Shown here: piece by piece, positions 30,814-44,801 of the stretch | Layout: the number at the start of each line of letters is the position of its first letter | Position numbering within the stretch: position 1 is the stretch's first letter | Source of the DNA: the human T2T-CHM13v2.0 reference genome, Homo sapiens | Assembly (NCBI RefSeq): GCF_009914755.1 | Contig: NC_060933.1 | DNA: 64,000 nucleotides | Strand: one strand, 5' to 3' | Translations under genes and position numbers: made by a program | The notes under the pieces: generated by a model | Databases searched by the model: none | What the model was told of the DNA's origin: nothing | The model's input: the letters and a program-made list of their open reading frames with translations, nothing else

Positions 30814-31593
30814 GACAGGGCATTACAGCTGCATATATATGTTGTATATTGTGGGAGTAGATGGAGAAGTTTATGCTAATTTGAGGGTCTCTGAAAGCAC
30901 AAATCTCTTCCTTCACCTCCTGCCTGGCTGGTAAGAGAAGTCATGTCTGATTTCGAGTTCCCAGAAGTAAAAGTAATATTTCCAATTTTTTGTTTACCAG
31001 CTCTAGATATATTAGGTTTAATAAACTAGTAGAATGTAGCAGAGATGCAGGTTTTGCTGAGCTGTGGGCTGAGGACTCTGCTGCCACCAACATGGATATC
31101 TCTTAGTTCCTTTTCTTGTCAATGCTAGATGAAACTCATACTTTCAAAGTCCCTCCAGGTAAGCTGTCAAAGGCTAGAGTTCTGCCGTTGTAGTAATATG
31201 TACCTCTAACCCAACTACAATCCAAATTCCTCAGGTCCAGTCTCTGCAGTTCTCACATCCAGACACATACACTCACACTCCCATCTTCCCAAGGATTGAT
31301 GAAAAAATATAGACTTCGCTGATTATGGAGAGGAAGAGAATGTGGTTACACTGCATACTGCACACCAAAACTTCCTAATCTTTCCCCTGGTTATTTTCTC
31401 ACTAGCAGTTGTCACCTCCCCTTTCCTTTCCAGCCATTAGCACCATCACCTTTCCATTTAGCCTATTTCCTATACCTTTTCTGGCTGTCTTCTCCCTCCT
31501 TGTGTGTGTCCCTCACCAGTTTCACCACTTCTTCCTTATGAGAATGTATTTAGCCCTCCCTCATCCTGACTTCTCTATTTTGCATTCCTACCT

Positions 31594-32086
31594 GTGATGG
31601 TTTGTATGCCTTCACTTGACTGGGCCAAGGGATGTCCCGACAGCTAGTTAAACATTATTTCTGGGTGTGCCTGTAAGAGTGTTTCCAGAAGAGATTAGCA
31701 TTTGAATTGGTGGACTTAGTAAAACAGATGGCCCTCCCCAATATGTTGGGCATCATCAAATCCATTGATGAACTGAATAGATAAAGAAGATGGAAGTAAC
31801 CTTGCCCTACCTGACCACTTGCACTTGAACATCGTTCTTCTCTTGTCCCCAGTGCTTCTGGTTCTCGGGCTTTCATATCCAGAACCTATACCATTGGTTC
31901 TCTTACTCTCAGGCTTTCAAACTATGCTACCCCCCAGCATTCCTGGGTCTTCAGCTTGCAACCAACAGATAGTGGAACTTCTCTGCCTTCACAAATGAGT
32001 GAGCCAATATGTTATAATAAATCTCTTCTTAGTTATATAGATTTATTCTACTGGTTCTATTTCTTTGTAGAACCCTAACTAATATA
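31594..32086 (+). mobile_element. ERVL solo LTR (MLT2 family)
   Basis: tgtgatgg...cttgactgggccaagggatg...aaacattatttctgggtgtg...gagattagcatttgaattgg...gaaccctaactaata. Confidence 0.85.
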
Positions 32087-32602
32087 TTACTCGCACCTCT
32101 AATTAGACAATTAGAGGCTCTTGCCTGGAATCTATTTTCCTTATTTAAAAAAAAAAAAGAGAAAGGGGTGAGTGTAAATATGTAAACAGTACTCAAAAAT
32201 AGTCCTAACTTAGTGAGTTCATAGTTTCTTTTCTGACTCAGTTTTAGAGTTCTTGTAAAACTAAGAGTTTGCTTCAAGATACTTGCTATCCTTTCCTTGC
32301 TAGCCAATCAGAACAAATGCAACAAGTAAAATAGATTATCTAATTGCTATTAATGCTCTTGGCTTTTAGCTGAACTGAAGGCAGGGAATAAAACATGCTG
32401 TTAATTGCTGTCATTGCAACCTTGGCATTATGACCAGATGGTCATGGAAACGTGGAGTGCCAGGAGACACAAGCAATCAGAAATATCACTGTACCCTTAT
32501 TTGGAACTGTAATTCTAAGATTCAGAGCTACTTTACTGGTGTAAAGAATAGGATGGACATGCCACAGCTGGTAATCAGAAGAAAAATACTATTGTCTCTG
32601 TC

Positions 32603-32603
32603 T

Positions 32604-32641
<38 letters not shown>

Positions 32642-32657
32642 CAGAGAGAGAGAGAGA
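32603..32657. repeat. (TG)n(AG)n compound microsatellite
   Basis: Seen directly. Confidence 0.95.
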
Positions 32658-33156
32658 ACATGTGCTAATGGAGGCATAGTAGTGAACAATGGATAAATTT
32701 ATTATACAGGCATTTGTGACCCCACTACAACAAAGCATAGTATAGTGCAGTGATGTAAGTCAAAACTTAAGTGTCAGACAGAATGGTCTAATCAAGGAAG
32801 GAAAAGTAGCATTTATTAAGACACGTTTAACTATGTCCGTAATGACTTCCTCCCAACAATCCATTATCAGCTCCTTTGTGCAGATGACTAAAACGGGGCT
32901 CAAAGAAATTAGATAATCTGCCCAAGGTTATACAACTAATAAAATCCCCTTGACCCTTCAGCTCATGCTCTTCTGCTTTCAGGTACTGCTTCCAGAGTCC
33001 TCCCTATCCACTGACAGCTTTGAATTTCAATAAGGGTACCAGCCTGGGAATGAGAAGGGAGTAGACATTGACACTAGCTTCCCAGCAAATCTTTCCCTAA
33101 CCAGGTGTCCACCAGTCTTCACCTCTCAGAGTTGATAGATCCCAAGCTGGCCACAT

Positions 33157-33408
33157 TGACTCAGCCCAACCGGTTGGAAGGGGCAAGCAAAAGGCCAGCT
33201 CATACTTTCTCTCGAGCCAGCCTCTGCAGCCTAATCTTCTTCTGTCCTTCTAATGCTGGGATTGAGGCCCTCCCTTATCCCCCGCCAGCCTTGCTGCTGA
33301 GGATAGCAGCACAGCTGGAAAAATAGATAGGTCTTTCTAACCCTCTCATGCGTGTGCCGTGGGGCCAGGTAGCTCTATAAATATGGTAATGGCTTCTCAA
33401 GCATGCCT
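33157..33408. promoter_or_regulatory. Candidate enhancer or promoter motif cluster
   Basis: TGACTCAGC 33157-33165, AACCGGTT 33168-33175, TATAAAT 33376-33382, p53-family half-site AAGCATGCCT 33399-33408. Confidence 0.4.
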
Positions 33409-34279
33409 AGACTGGAAATGAGAGGCTGGAGAGAGGCTGTTCCCACCGATAACCGCTGTGGCAGCTTTGCTGGAGGAGACAGTACATCTGAGCTTCGGGT
33501 CAAATTAACTCTCCCCCCTGTAACCTTGAGTAGATCCCCTCTCCTCCTCCCACTTCCTACCCTATTAATCGTCTGTACCCACCTGTTCCCTGATTACAAT
33601 GATGACATCCACAGAGGGAAGGAGGCAAGCAGCAGCTCATGTTTCGTCTATTACCAGGAGGCCCAGACTTGTGATTTAAAAAAAAAATACACCAGCAACA
33701 ACACAGCTACATTGATGTGTACAATAGGGAACCAGCTTGACAGTTCCCTGCCGTGGCCCCACTGAGAAAAACGACAGCTACAATAAAAAGCCAAATGCCT
33801 GCTCAGCCTAAACAACCACATGCTCAAAGATGCTCTGTCTGTAGTCTGCCTTTCCCCAGCTTTCCTTTCTGCTAAGAGAGTGGCCAGTGACACTGCCCCC
33901 CATTCCCAACCCACCAAATGCCCTGGAAATACTGTCTATGGGAAATGGTGACTGGGGTTCTAGAGTGACTTTAGACAAAGCTCCTAACATGGCTGTAAAC
34001 CTCAGTCCCTTCCTTTTTGGTCAGATGAAAATGATAATGCCTTATTTCAGGTGGTTAGATAATGATTCTGAAGTCTTAGTCAATGCTTCTCCTTCTTCTA
34101 TCTGCCCCTGCCCAACCCTTGTTCTATTTCTTCCCAGTGTGACCATTCCCTCTCACAAGCAGTAGCAGGACCATGTGGCTTGCATTGCTTTGGCAAAGGT
34201 ATAGTACTGCAGAAGAAAAGAAAAGTCTTTCGAGTGTCACAAGTCTAGGGTCCAGAGGGTACTCAGGGGGACTAAATGC

Positions 34280-35250
34280 TGGGTAACTTAGCCTTTTTTT
34301 GTTCCATGAACCCCTTTGGCATTGTAGTGATGCCTATGGATACGTTCTTCGCATAATGTTTTTACGTGCATAAACCATCTTAAAAATAATTTCAAGGGGT
34401 AAAATCATGACTCTTGTACAAATATCAAGTGAACATGTTTCAGAGTTTTTATTTAACTTGTTAATGAATGAGGAAAATCAGTTAGATGTTACAAACTGGT
34501 TCGAAGGGGAATTCAAAGAGCAGAAATATGTAGGCACTCAGTGATGCTGAAATGAATGCATTCATACATGCAAAACTTGCTTGCAAGTGGGAAATGCCAT
34601 AAGTGGAGAGTTTGGGGAAATCAATTGTACCTCTAACAAGCAAATTTCACCTCTATGGGAAAGAATTATTTGCATTGCTCTCAGTTTTTCTCAAGTTCAG
34701 AGCTGTAAAATAGCTCAAAGGCAATGAAAGATGAAGTCCACTATAGAGTCGGACAACCAAAGGAGGCACTCAAGGTTGTCCAGCATCTCAAAGGAAACTA
34801 ATTTTCATTTTGTTGCCATTTCAAAGTCCTTTGTTTTTCTTACAATTTTTTTCCTAACAAAATAGATACAAACAGAGAGGAAACTAATTATTTTGGAATA
34901 CACTCATTAAAATAGTTTAAAATTTTGTGATAGAGTAATATATCTACTTATTTACTAACATGTTAATTAACACAGTATCACAACGAATACTATAATTTTA
35001 GTGGAATAATGTAAATCAACAGTATTTCAGAATATCTGCAATGACTATAATTGGCTATGAAAGTATCTGTCATTTTTCTGTGTGACAAAGTCACAGGCAT
35101 TGCCAAAACCAATGTATTTGTTGCTTACATTTATAATGGAAGGAAGGAAATAATAAATTTACATTCAAAATTAGTAAAAATAAAGATGAATTTTTTTTTC
35201 ATTCAAGTTCCTGGATATTCAGAATCTATAAGACCTCCTATTAGGAACTC
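34280..35250. mobile_element. hAT-Charlie element (MER119-like) split by an LTR
   Basis: tccatgaacccctttggc...cctatgga...ataatgtttt resumes after 34860 with aaatagataca...gtgacaaagtcacagg...aaataaagatg. Confidence 0.65.
34378..34859. mobile_element. Solo LTR-like insertion (ERV1/LTR37-like) nested in the DNA transposon
   Basis: ~480 bp interrupting the MER119-like sequence; cagagtttttatttaacttgttaatgaatgagg motif; ends ...cctaaca. Confidence 0.45.
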
Positions 35251-36579
35251 CGAGTTAGAGAAAGAATTCCCCCTAACTCCTAATGACGAGATTAACAATG
35301 ATAACCCAAGTTGGAGGAAGAGTAAAGAAGAAAATTGAAACAAATTAAGTGAGTTGGATATTACTATTGAAGAAGCTGTGCTTGGCTCTATCTTCTCAGA
35401 GGTAACCAAGGAATTAGAGGAACCCATCATAGGCATAGAGACTCTGAGAATGGAGAGTAAATATGCTTATATTTCTTGGGTAGAAACCTAGAAGCTTACA
35501 AGACCCCACAGCCTGGGGAGATGGCACTGAGACAGTCTACTAGAGTTACCCCAAAATGATGACAACACTTCTGGGTGATGACACAAGTATGGAGTGAAAA
35601 GATGATCAACCCAAAGAGACCTGTGGTCAAAAAGATGGGGGGATTCAGCAGGGACCTGATAAGCTCTTGTCCTGTTGTAGAGTGGTGACTTGAAGTAGAA
35701 TTTATGTCCAGTTATAAACGGAGAAAAAAGTCCTATTCCTTGCACACCCAAGTGTGTGGGCTAAATACTGCCTCTGGTTTATTCCACTTGAGAAATATCT
35801 TCTAAATCTAACTCTTCCTGTTCCACACGGCCACATCATTGATTCAAACTCCTTACACTGGGGTTCAAGGACCTTCACAAAATAGTTTCATATTTTTATC
35901 TCTCTCTCCTTTCCTCACATGTCCCAGCACCCCCAGCTGCTACCTGCTTTGCAAGTCACTCTGTTCTCTGACAACCCCATGGTTTGAACTGCACTGTATT
36001 CTTGCCCTTGAATGCCACACCAACTATTACCAACCCTTAAAACTCTTCCCTGAGGGAAGTTTCATTTTCCTTGGCATATACCCTTTGCTTTGGCCCAGAA
36101 TACTCTCTGTTCCCTAAATGCACCTCCTCATCTACTAAATTTTTATTTATCCTTCATGACCATACCCCTCCAGCATAAATGTCTCTCCTGTAAAGAACTC
36201 CAGAGCCTCTTCTCTCAAAGTATTTATCTCCCTCTGGGTCCCATAACAAACATTATTCAACAGATAAAAAGGATGGGGGCAAAGAAGAAGAGGAGAAGGA
36301 GATGAAATAATATTTTATTTCATACTATCATGCATTAAGTACCAACTTGCTCAGGTCTCAGAGCTATTAATGAGCAGAGCCAGAATTCAACCTTGGGCTA
36401 TGATTTTAAAGCCCCATGATGTTGGTGATGATGTGGCAATGCCACCTCCTTTATAGCACTTTCCTAATATACTCACCTACATATTCTTCTCCCTATTTAG
36501 GATCAAGAGCAGGGACAGTGTCTTTTATATCATTACTGTAAAATAGCATTTCTAAACAGCCACAGAACTTTTAACAGTA

Positions 36580-37250
36580 ACATTCACCAATCACCTATGA
36601 ATGCCTACTGGGTGGTCAAGTTTTGATGTGGCAGCTCAAGTAGCTCAGGAATGATCCCTGCCCTCCTGGAATGTATATTGTAATGAGATAGAGACACCAA
36701 TCAAATTAAGACAAAAATAAACATGTAATTACAGATTGTGATATGTTTTGTTAAGTAATAGAACAGACAAAAAATTGGGATGGCTTTATTTCTATGCGGA
36801 GAGAAGTATCTAGGGCTGGCCTCTTTGAGGAAGTTATATTTTCATTGAGGCTTAAGGATGAGCAGGAGCCATTGACCAAAAGAAGAGTCCGGGAATAGCA
36901 TTTTAGGCAGAGGTGACAGGCTGGGCAAAGCCCCTGAGCTAAGAAGGCATTTGGCAGACGAGAGAAATGAAAAGACCAGTGCAGCTGGAATAGAGTAATA
37001 GAGTGATGAGGCTGAGGGAGTAGGCAACATCCAGATAATGTGGGCTCTGCACTCATTCATTTATCCCAGATATATTTATAAAACACCTGCTAGGCATCTC
37101 CACTCTTATGGAGCTATAATGGCTATCCAAACAGACACAGCTCCTGCCTCATAAGCTTACAGTCTAGAGGAGAGGCAGACATGACACTAATAATAACACA
37201 GGTTAATGTGTAAGTATATGTGACCTAGTCTACAGGAGAGAGGAGGCCAT
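36580..37250 (-). mobile_element. L2 fragments
   Basis: gatccctgccctcctggaatg, ggcttaaggatgagcaggagcc, ctcctgcctcataagcttacagtctag. Confidence 0.6.
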
Positions 37251-37257
37251 AAAAAGT

Positions 37258-37690
37258 GGATGGGTTGGATTGTAACCCCTCAAAAGATATGTTCAAGTCC
37301 TAACCCCCAGTTCTTGTGAATGTGACCTTATTTGGGCAGATGCAATCAAGTTAAGATGAGTTCATTAGGTGAATTCATATCTGATATGACTGGTATCCTT
37401 GTAAGAAGAGGAGAAGAGACACGGGGACACAGACACACAAAGGCAGAACTCCAAGTGAAGACAAAGGCAAAGATTAAAGTGATGCAGCTGCAAGCTGAGG
37501 AATGCTCAGAAAACTACCAGAATCTAGGAAGAGGCAAGGGAGGATTCCTCTACAGATTTCAAAAGGAACATGGCCCTACCAATACCTTCATTTTAGACTT
37601 TGAGCCTCCAGAACTATGAGAGAATACATTTTTGTTATTTTAAGCCACTCAGTTGGTGTTGCATTATGACAGCCCTAGCAAACTAATATA
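37258..37690 (+). mobile_element. MaLR solo LTR (MLT1B/C-like)
   Basis: aaaagatatgttcaagtcctaacccc...gtgaatgtgaccttatttg...cctccagaactatgagagaata...gccctagcaaactaata. Confidence 0.85.
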
Positions 37691-38787
37691 GAAGACTTCC
37701 TGGAAGAAGTGATATATGAATAAATTCTGTCTTTCCAACCAAAAATGCTAGGGATTTATTTGGCCATGAGATGTTAGGATGTCTTGACCAGAGGACTTTT
37801 TTCTCTATTTCTGATTTTTTAACATTCCTAAATCTGCAAATTTCATGAAAATATCCTGACATCTAGCTTCTATGAAAAGAACCATACATAACCATGAGCT
37901 TAAGTGGAGGCTACCCCTTCAGAAAGAGCATGTGTTCTCAGGTTGACCCACTTCCCAGTTCTCTCATACCTGGCCTGCTTTACAGAACTCTTATACCTGG
38001 TCCTCTGCACTCCTTACATTTCCTGCCTGACACCTGTGGCATAATAATTTCATGAATAGGGTCTAAGATTTTGGCCAGAAAAGAGTGCAGACAAGAAGTC
38101 TGTGCAAATCTCCCCTGGAGCCCTAGTGAATAGCACTGATTGTCACCTGTCCTCCAGAGCCCTGGCCACTTGCCTGTGTCACTAGCAGAGCAGGGAATGA
38201 AGCCTATCCCACTATCTGTAATTAAATCACTGCTACTCAGCCATTCCCTTGGTCTGCAACTTATTACCATACCCTGTAACTCTTACCTTTACTGCTGAAT
38301 TCCAATGTGATGGATCTCAAGTCCCCTGTGTGTTCCACAACTTGCTCTTTAAGTGGAAACATTTACGTTTTAATTGCCTAATATATTCCTATCATATTCC
38401 GTCCAATAGGATGTCAGGATTCTGTACAGTGCTTAGTAAAGTAAACCAGTCTAGATTGCAGCTCCTCCATCATCAAGATGAAGCTCAGGTCAAACCCAAT
38501 GCATCCAAGAAAACTTCCAGGACAATATAATGTGAATATTCCTATTAACTAGGGAAACCAAGTCAGAAAAGCTTGGATATGAATTTTAGCTTTACTACTT
38601 CTTAGCTGTTTGACCATGGGCAAATTACTTGACCTCTCTGAGTTTTGTTTGTAGTATGCACATAAAAATGGTCTATTGCACAGGGCCCCTATGATGATTA
38701 AGTGAGATAATCATATAGCCATTTCTTAATACAATGATCAGTAGGTATGTAACAAGCACACTTTAAAGCTGGCTGTTGCTGTCACTA

Positions 38788-39271
<484 letters not shown>

Positions 39272-40726
39272 TATAATCTTTATTATTATCAGTTTCATTG
39301 CTGTTTTTATTGTTACTATTATTATTACTGTTAGTAATACTCCACTATAGTATTTCATGTGGAATCTAAACATTTAATGGCATAAAACGTGGGATCATAT
39401 TGTTGAAATATTTAAGAAATACTAGAATAAAGCAGTTACGGAGAGGGGAGGAAATTGCGCCTCATGTTGCATCTGAATTCATGGCTTCGTGATATGTGCT
39501 GTTTACAGAGTTCTTCTGCAACGCATTTATTTTATGGAGAAACTACACCTGTTTGGCACCAATTAGAGCCACAAGGAAGATCAAATATCACAGAAGAGCT
39601 CTCCATGACCAGAGGGTGTTTGGAAAAGCCAAAAGCTGTGCAAAGAGCTATGATCAATGACTTGAACCAAAGATGATAAGGAAAGATCAAGCTGAATGGA
39701 GTACACAAGGCAACATGATAGGCAGTCTTCATGTGGGATGCCACTGTAAGCTGATGGAAATACAGAGAGACAGAATATCTGAATAATAATAACAAAGTTA
39801 GCAGATACCCTCCCCCTGGGAGTTTGGGCAGTCTATTTCCTCATTTAGTTGGAAAGAAAACAAAGCCGTTTTGTTTTTACTTTCTTTTAAAGTCAAAATT
39901 TTCCAACAAGGATTGCAATTTATCCATGCAAAAGATGAGGTCATGTAAGCAACAGTGAAGAGTCTTAGACATGAACAGACCAAAATGACACAAGGTAGAG
40001 TCATCTGTTTTACTTCACTATGAACCATGTAATCTTCCTAAGGAACAACTTGTTTCATGTCACTCCTCTGATCAATAAGCTTCAAGGGCCCCCTGTTACT
40101 GAAAGAGCAATGTCTAAATTTCTAGGATGCCTGCATGCTGCCCAGATATGGGAAAGACAAGTGTTTAACAAAATGAAGCAGTGGCTAAAAGAACTTAATT
40201 TTGTGTTTTCTCTGTCAGTGAAAACACCACCATCCAATCAGTCACCCTAGTCAACAATATGGGAATATTCCTGATTTATCTCTTTCCTTTTTTCTTATGC
40301 ATACATTTCATTAAATAATTAATTAATCACAATCAATCAATAATTGAGTTCTTATCAGTGTAACTCCTAAATAGCTCTTGAGCTTGTCCAGTTTGTTCAT
40401 TCCCACAACGTCTATCACCATTCGGGCCTGAATGATTGCAATATCCCAAGCTGGAATATCCCATTTCTTCTCCTAAATTCATCTTTCATATGCATTTTCA
40501 TGAGTGGGGAAGAAACTCCAATTTATATGTGTATCAGGGAGAGAGGAGGCGCAGAAGAGGTAATGGCCATGAGGAAGGTTTGGCTAGAGCAGAGACAACT
40601 AATAATTACAGCTGACCTTTCACTGATTGATTATTATACATCAGGTTTTATGCTAATTGCTTTCTGTTCATTATCTCATTTAGTTCTCCAAAAGTTCCAA
40701 GAGGTACACAGTCAAGGCTTAAAGGG

Positions 40727-41250
40727 TGTGGTAAGTTAAATACGGTTATAAATTCCTGGCTGTTCCTCCCATTGAGATATATTGAGTCAAATTCCCATCC
40801 TTGAATCTGGGCCATCTTAATGACTTGCTCAATGAGAAGAATGCAGCATACATGATGTAACTTTTGATGGAATTTGAAGGTATGTCATAAGAAGTCTTTT
40901 TTGGAACAATTTCTCTCTTAAAACCTTGAAAAACTGCATTAAAATCCCACAACCCTGAAGCTGTCATTCCGTGAGAAGCCCAGACCATGGGGTCTGGAGG
41001 GCCTGGAGCATGAGCTGCCACGTGGAGATACACACAGGTCAAGAAGCACTGAGGCACCAGGCACGTGCGTGAACAAGACCTCTCAGAAGCTACTCCTCCA
41101 CCCCAGGCACTCCAGTTGATGCCATGTGGATTCAGGATGAACTGCCCAGCTGACCCCAGAGTATTTTATCCACAAAACTGTGATCAAAATAAAATGGTTA
41201 TTGCAAACTGCTAAATTTGGGGAGTTTTAAATGCCACAACAGATAAACAG
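40727..41250 (+). mobile_element. Old MaLR LTR (MLT1F/G-like)
   Basis: tgtggtaag...ctcccattgaga...cttgaatctgggc...tgacttgctc...gcaacagataa-type end. Confidence 0.65.
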
Positions 41251-42367
41251 AGAGGTTAACTCACTCGATGAAAGTCACATAATAGATGTTAGAACAGAGC
41301 CTCAAATCCAGGCAATATGATTCCAGAGTCTATACTCTTAAGCATGGGGCCATACTTTGTCCTTAAGTGGACAATGCTAGTTAATAAGGTTAGGAATGTC
41401 AGATGTTTGCAGAGAACATGGCGTATGAGACTAGGATGAGGGCGGGATGAGGGGAAGAGAGTCAAGCTTCATCAAGGAGTTTCTGTGCTAGAAATACTTC
41501 CTCTGATTTAATTTTTGAAAAAGCCTTTTAAAACAAACAAGATTACCTTCATTTTATTAAAAAAGAAAACTGTGTCTGAGAACAACCAGACAAACTCCAA
41601 CATGAATGAAGTCATAAATTTGGGTTTTAAACTCAAGTCAGGATCCAAAGCCATTGTAACTCTTGCCCTGGGTGTCCTGCCAATGGAGTGAATTTAGGAA
41701 GCAGTTCTCAGGGCTGGATTTCCCAGAAGGAAGACATCTGAGCCCACAATGGCAGGCTTCAGCTCCAGATAGGGCCTGAGCATGCTAAGGTCAGGAGTGA
41801 TTTATTCCACTTCTACATCAGAAGACAAAAACTTTTAATTAAAAGAAGAGAGAAAAAACTGCCAGAGACTGAGCAGGGAGTCCACACCATCTGACAGTTT
41901 CAATTTTCACTTACAGCTTACTTTCACCGATTGATATCCTTCTCGTGCCTGCTGACGAGAACCATGGGCTTCTATAAATCACCTTCCAGAGTCACAGGCA
42001 ACTGCCTTTTAACCCTCACTTTGACAGAAACATTGGCAACAACAATAATGATAACAATTACTTTTCATTGATCACTACCTGTGTGTCAGAATCTATGAAA
42101 AGTGCTTGCATCTATAACTCCATTTAACTCCCATAAAACCCTATGAGGTATGGGCTGTTAGTATCCTTAATTAAAAGATAACTGAATTGAGTCTTGGGAA
42201 GTTAGCTTGACTTACTCACAATCATAAGGCAAATATGTGTCAGAGTTGAGATTTGAATCTCTAGTTAATATCTGAACCCAAACTCATTTTTGCAGACTAA
42301 ACATCCTTGTTGGAACAGATATAATGTTCCATACTTTTTACTTTCCTTTTTTTTTTTGTAATTTGTA

Positions 42368-42545
<178 letters not shown>

Positions 42546-43068
42546 AATTTGTAGATACACGATAATACTGTAAGTTTTGAACATGAGTATTTTCCCTTCT
42601 ATTTTATGAAGACAACAAAAAAAGACATTAACACAGAATCACGAAGCCAGTCAAGCAACCATAATAACAACTACCATTTATGTCATGCTTTCTATGAGCT
42701 CATATTTTAACTACTTTAAACATACTAGTTAATTTTTATAACATAATATGATAATAATAAGACATAATTCAACTCCCATTTTAGAAATGATGGAATTGAC
42801 ACACAATGGAATTGAAATCCCTGAAATCACACTATTAAAAGGAAGCACAGAAATAAAACTCATTTTTTCCTGCCTCCTAGTCTAGAGTTTTTCCCATTGT
42901 ATCTATCACATATTTTCAGATATCTGTCCTTTGCTTAAGGAAATGGAAGAATGCAACCAGTGGTTGGGTTATTAGGCTGAGGCTCTTGAGAATTTGATGT
43001 CAAAGCTCTAGGATATTGAATAGTTTAATTAATAAGAGAGCATATCTGGGCAGGGACTAAAGCTCTAA

Positions 43069-43484
<416 letters not shown>

Positions 43485-44343
43485 CTACTCCCGGCTTTGG
43501 AGCATATTAGTGTTGGTCTCATTTGAATTGTGGAAGGTGTTCTATGGGGCCTGTGATGGGAGATAATGTTAAATACATTAATTTATCATTTCATAGCACC
43601 TAATGCATGCACAACACTATGGGAGACTCTGGAGAGGAATCTTTCATTCAACCATTAAACACTGATTAATTGAGTGCCTCTAATTTCCCCAGAACTACTG
43701 ATACAAAGAGAAACCTAGTCCTTTCTCTTGAAGTGAAAGGTGGGGAAGCTCTTCACAAAGTCACACACAGATCACCATGTGAGTGCCAGAGTAGGAGTGC
43801 ACATGGGAAGTGTCCGGGACACAGAGGAGAGCCTACCTGCCTCCCTGAGCCTGGGGAGACTTTGGAGAGGAGAGACAATTTGAGCTGGGGCCTGCATGAT
43901 GTGTGGGTTCTTTGGCTGCAAACAACAGAAATCAGCTCTGCCTAACTCAAGAAGATAACAAACAAAACAAGCAAACAAAAATTATTGAAAGAATGTGGTC
44001 TTGAAAAGGGGGAAACAGAGGCTGCTCCAGAGACCTAGGGAGAAGGAACATGTGGGCAGTCTCTTCAGAACAAAGCCAAAAAAGAACCTAGCTCCAGTCA
44101 TTCATCCATTGGGTGCTACTCTGCTTTTAAGGTTCAAATTTCCAAGAGGAAGTGCCTGAATGGTGTAACAGGTCACTAATCCACTCTTTGGCTGAAATAG
44201 GGCAGGGTCAGTTTCACAAAGGGAATTTAGGCACTCTGATCCCCAGGATGAGAGGAGATGCTGAGCAGACAAAAATGACAGCTGTCCACTAGGGAGAAAA
44301 TACAAAAAACAAACAAACAACAACAACAACAACAAAAGCAACT

Positions 44344-44801
44344 GTAACAGTTTTCTAGGGCTGCTGATACAAAATACCAAAAACCAGGAGGCTTAATACA
44401 ACAGAAATTTATTCTCCCACAGTTCTAGAGGCTAGACATCTGAAATTAAGGTATTGGCAAGGCCATGCCCCATTCAAAGGCTCTAGGGAAGAATCCTCTC
44501 TCGTCTCTTCCTAGGATCTAGTGGCCACGAGCAATTCCTGATGTTCCTTGGCTTGTAGCTGCATCACTCTAATTAATTTCTGCCTCCATCACTGCCTGGC
44601 TTTCTTCACTGTGTGTATCTCCTCTCTTCTCTCTTCTTATAAGAATGCCAGCCATTGCTGGAGCCTACACTAATCCAGTATGTCCTCATCTTGACTTGAT
44701 TACACCTTCCAACAGCCTATTTCTAAATAAGACCACATTCACAGGCTCTAGGGATTAGAATTTCAACATATCTTTTTAAGAGAAATATTCAAGCTATAAC
44801 A
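44344..44801 (-). mobile_element. MaLR solo LTR (MLT1C-like)
   Basis: agggctgctg...acaacagaaatttattctcccacagttctagaggctag...tttcaacatatcttttt...ataaca. Confidence 0.85.

Noticed and set aside
35260-35620. Purine-rich, protein-like stretch as a processed pseudogene
   Set aside because: No sustained frame, poly(A) or TSD; at best a very degraded CR1/L3 remnant that I cannot support
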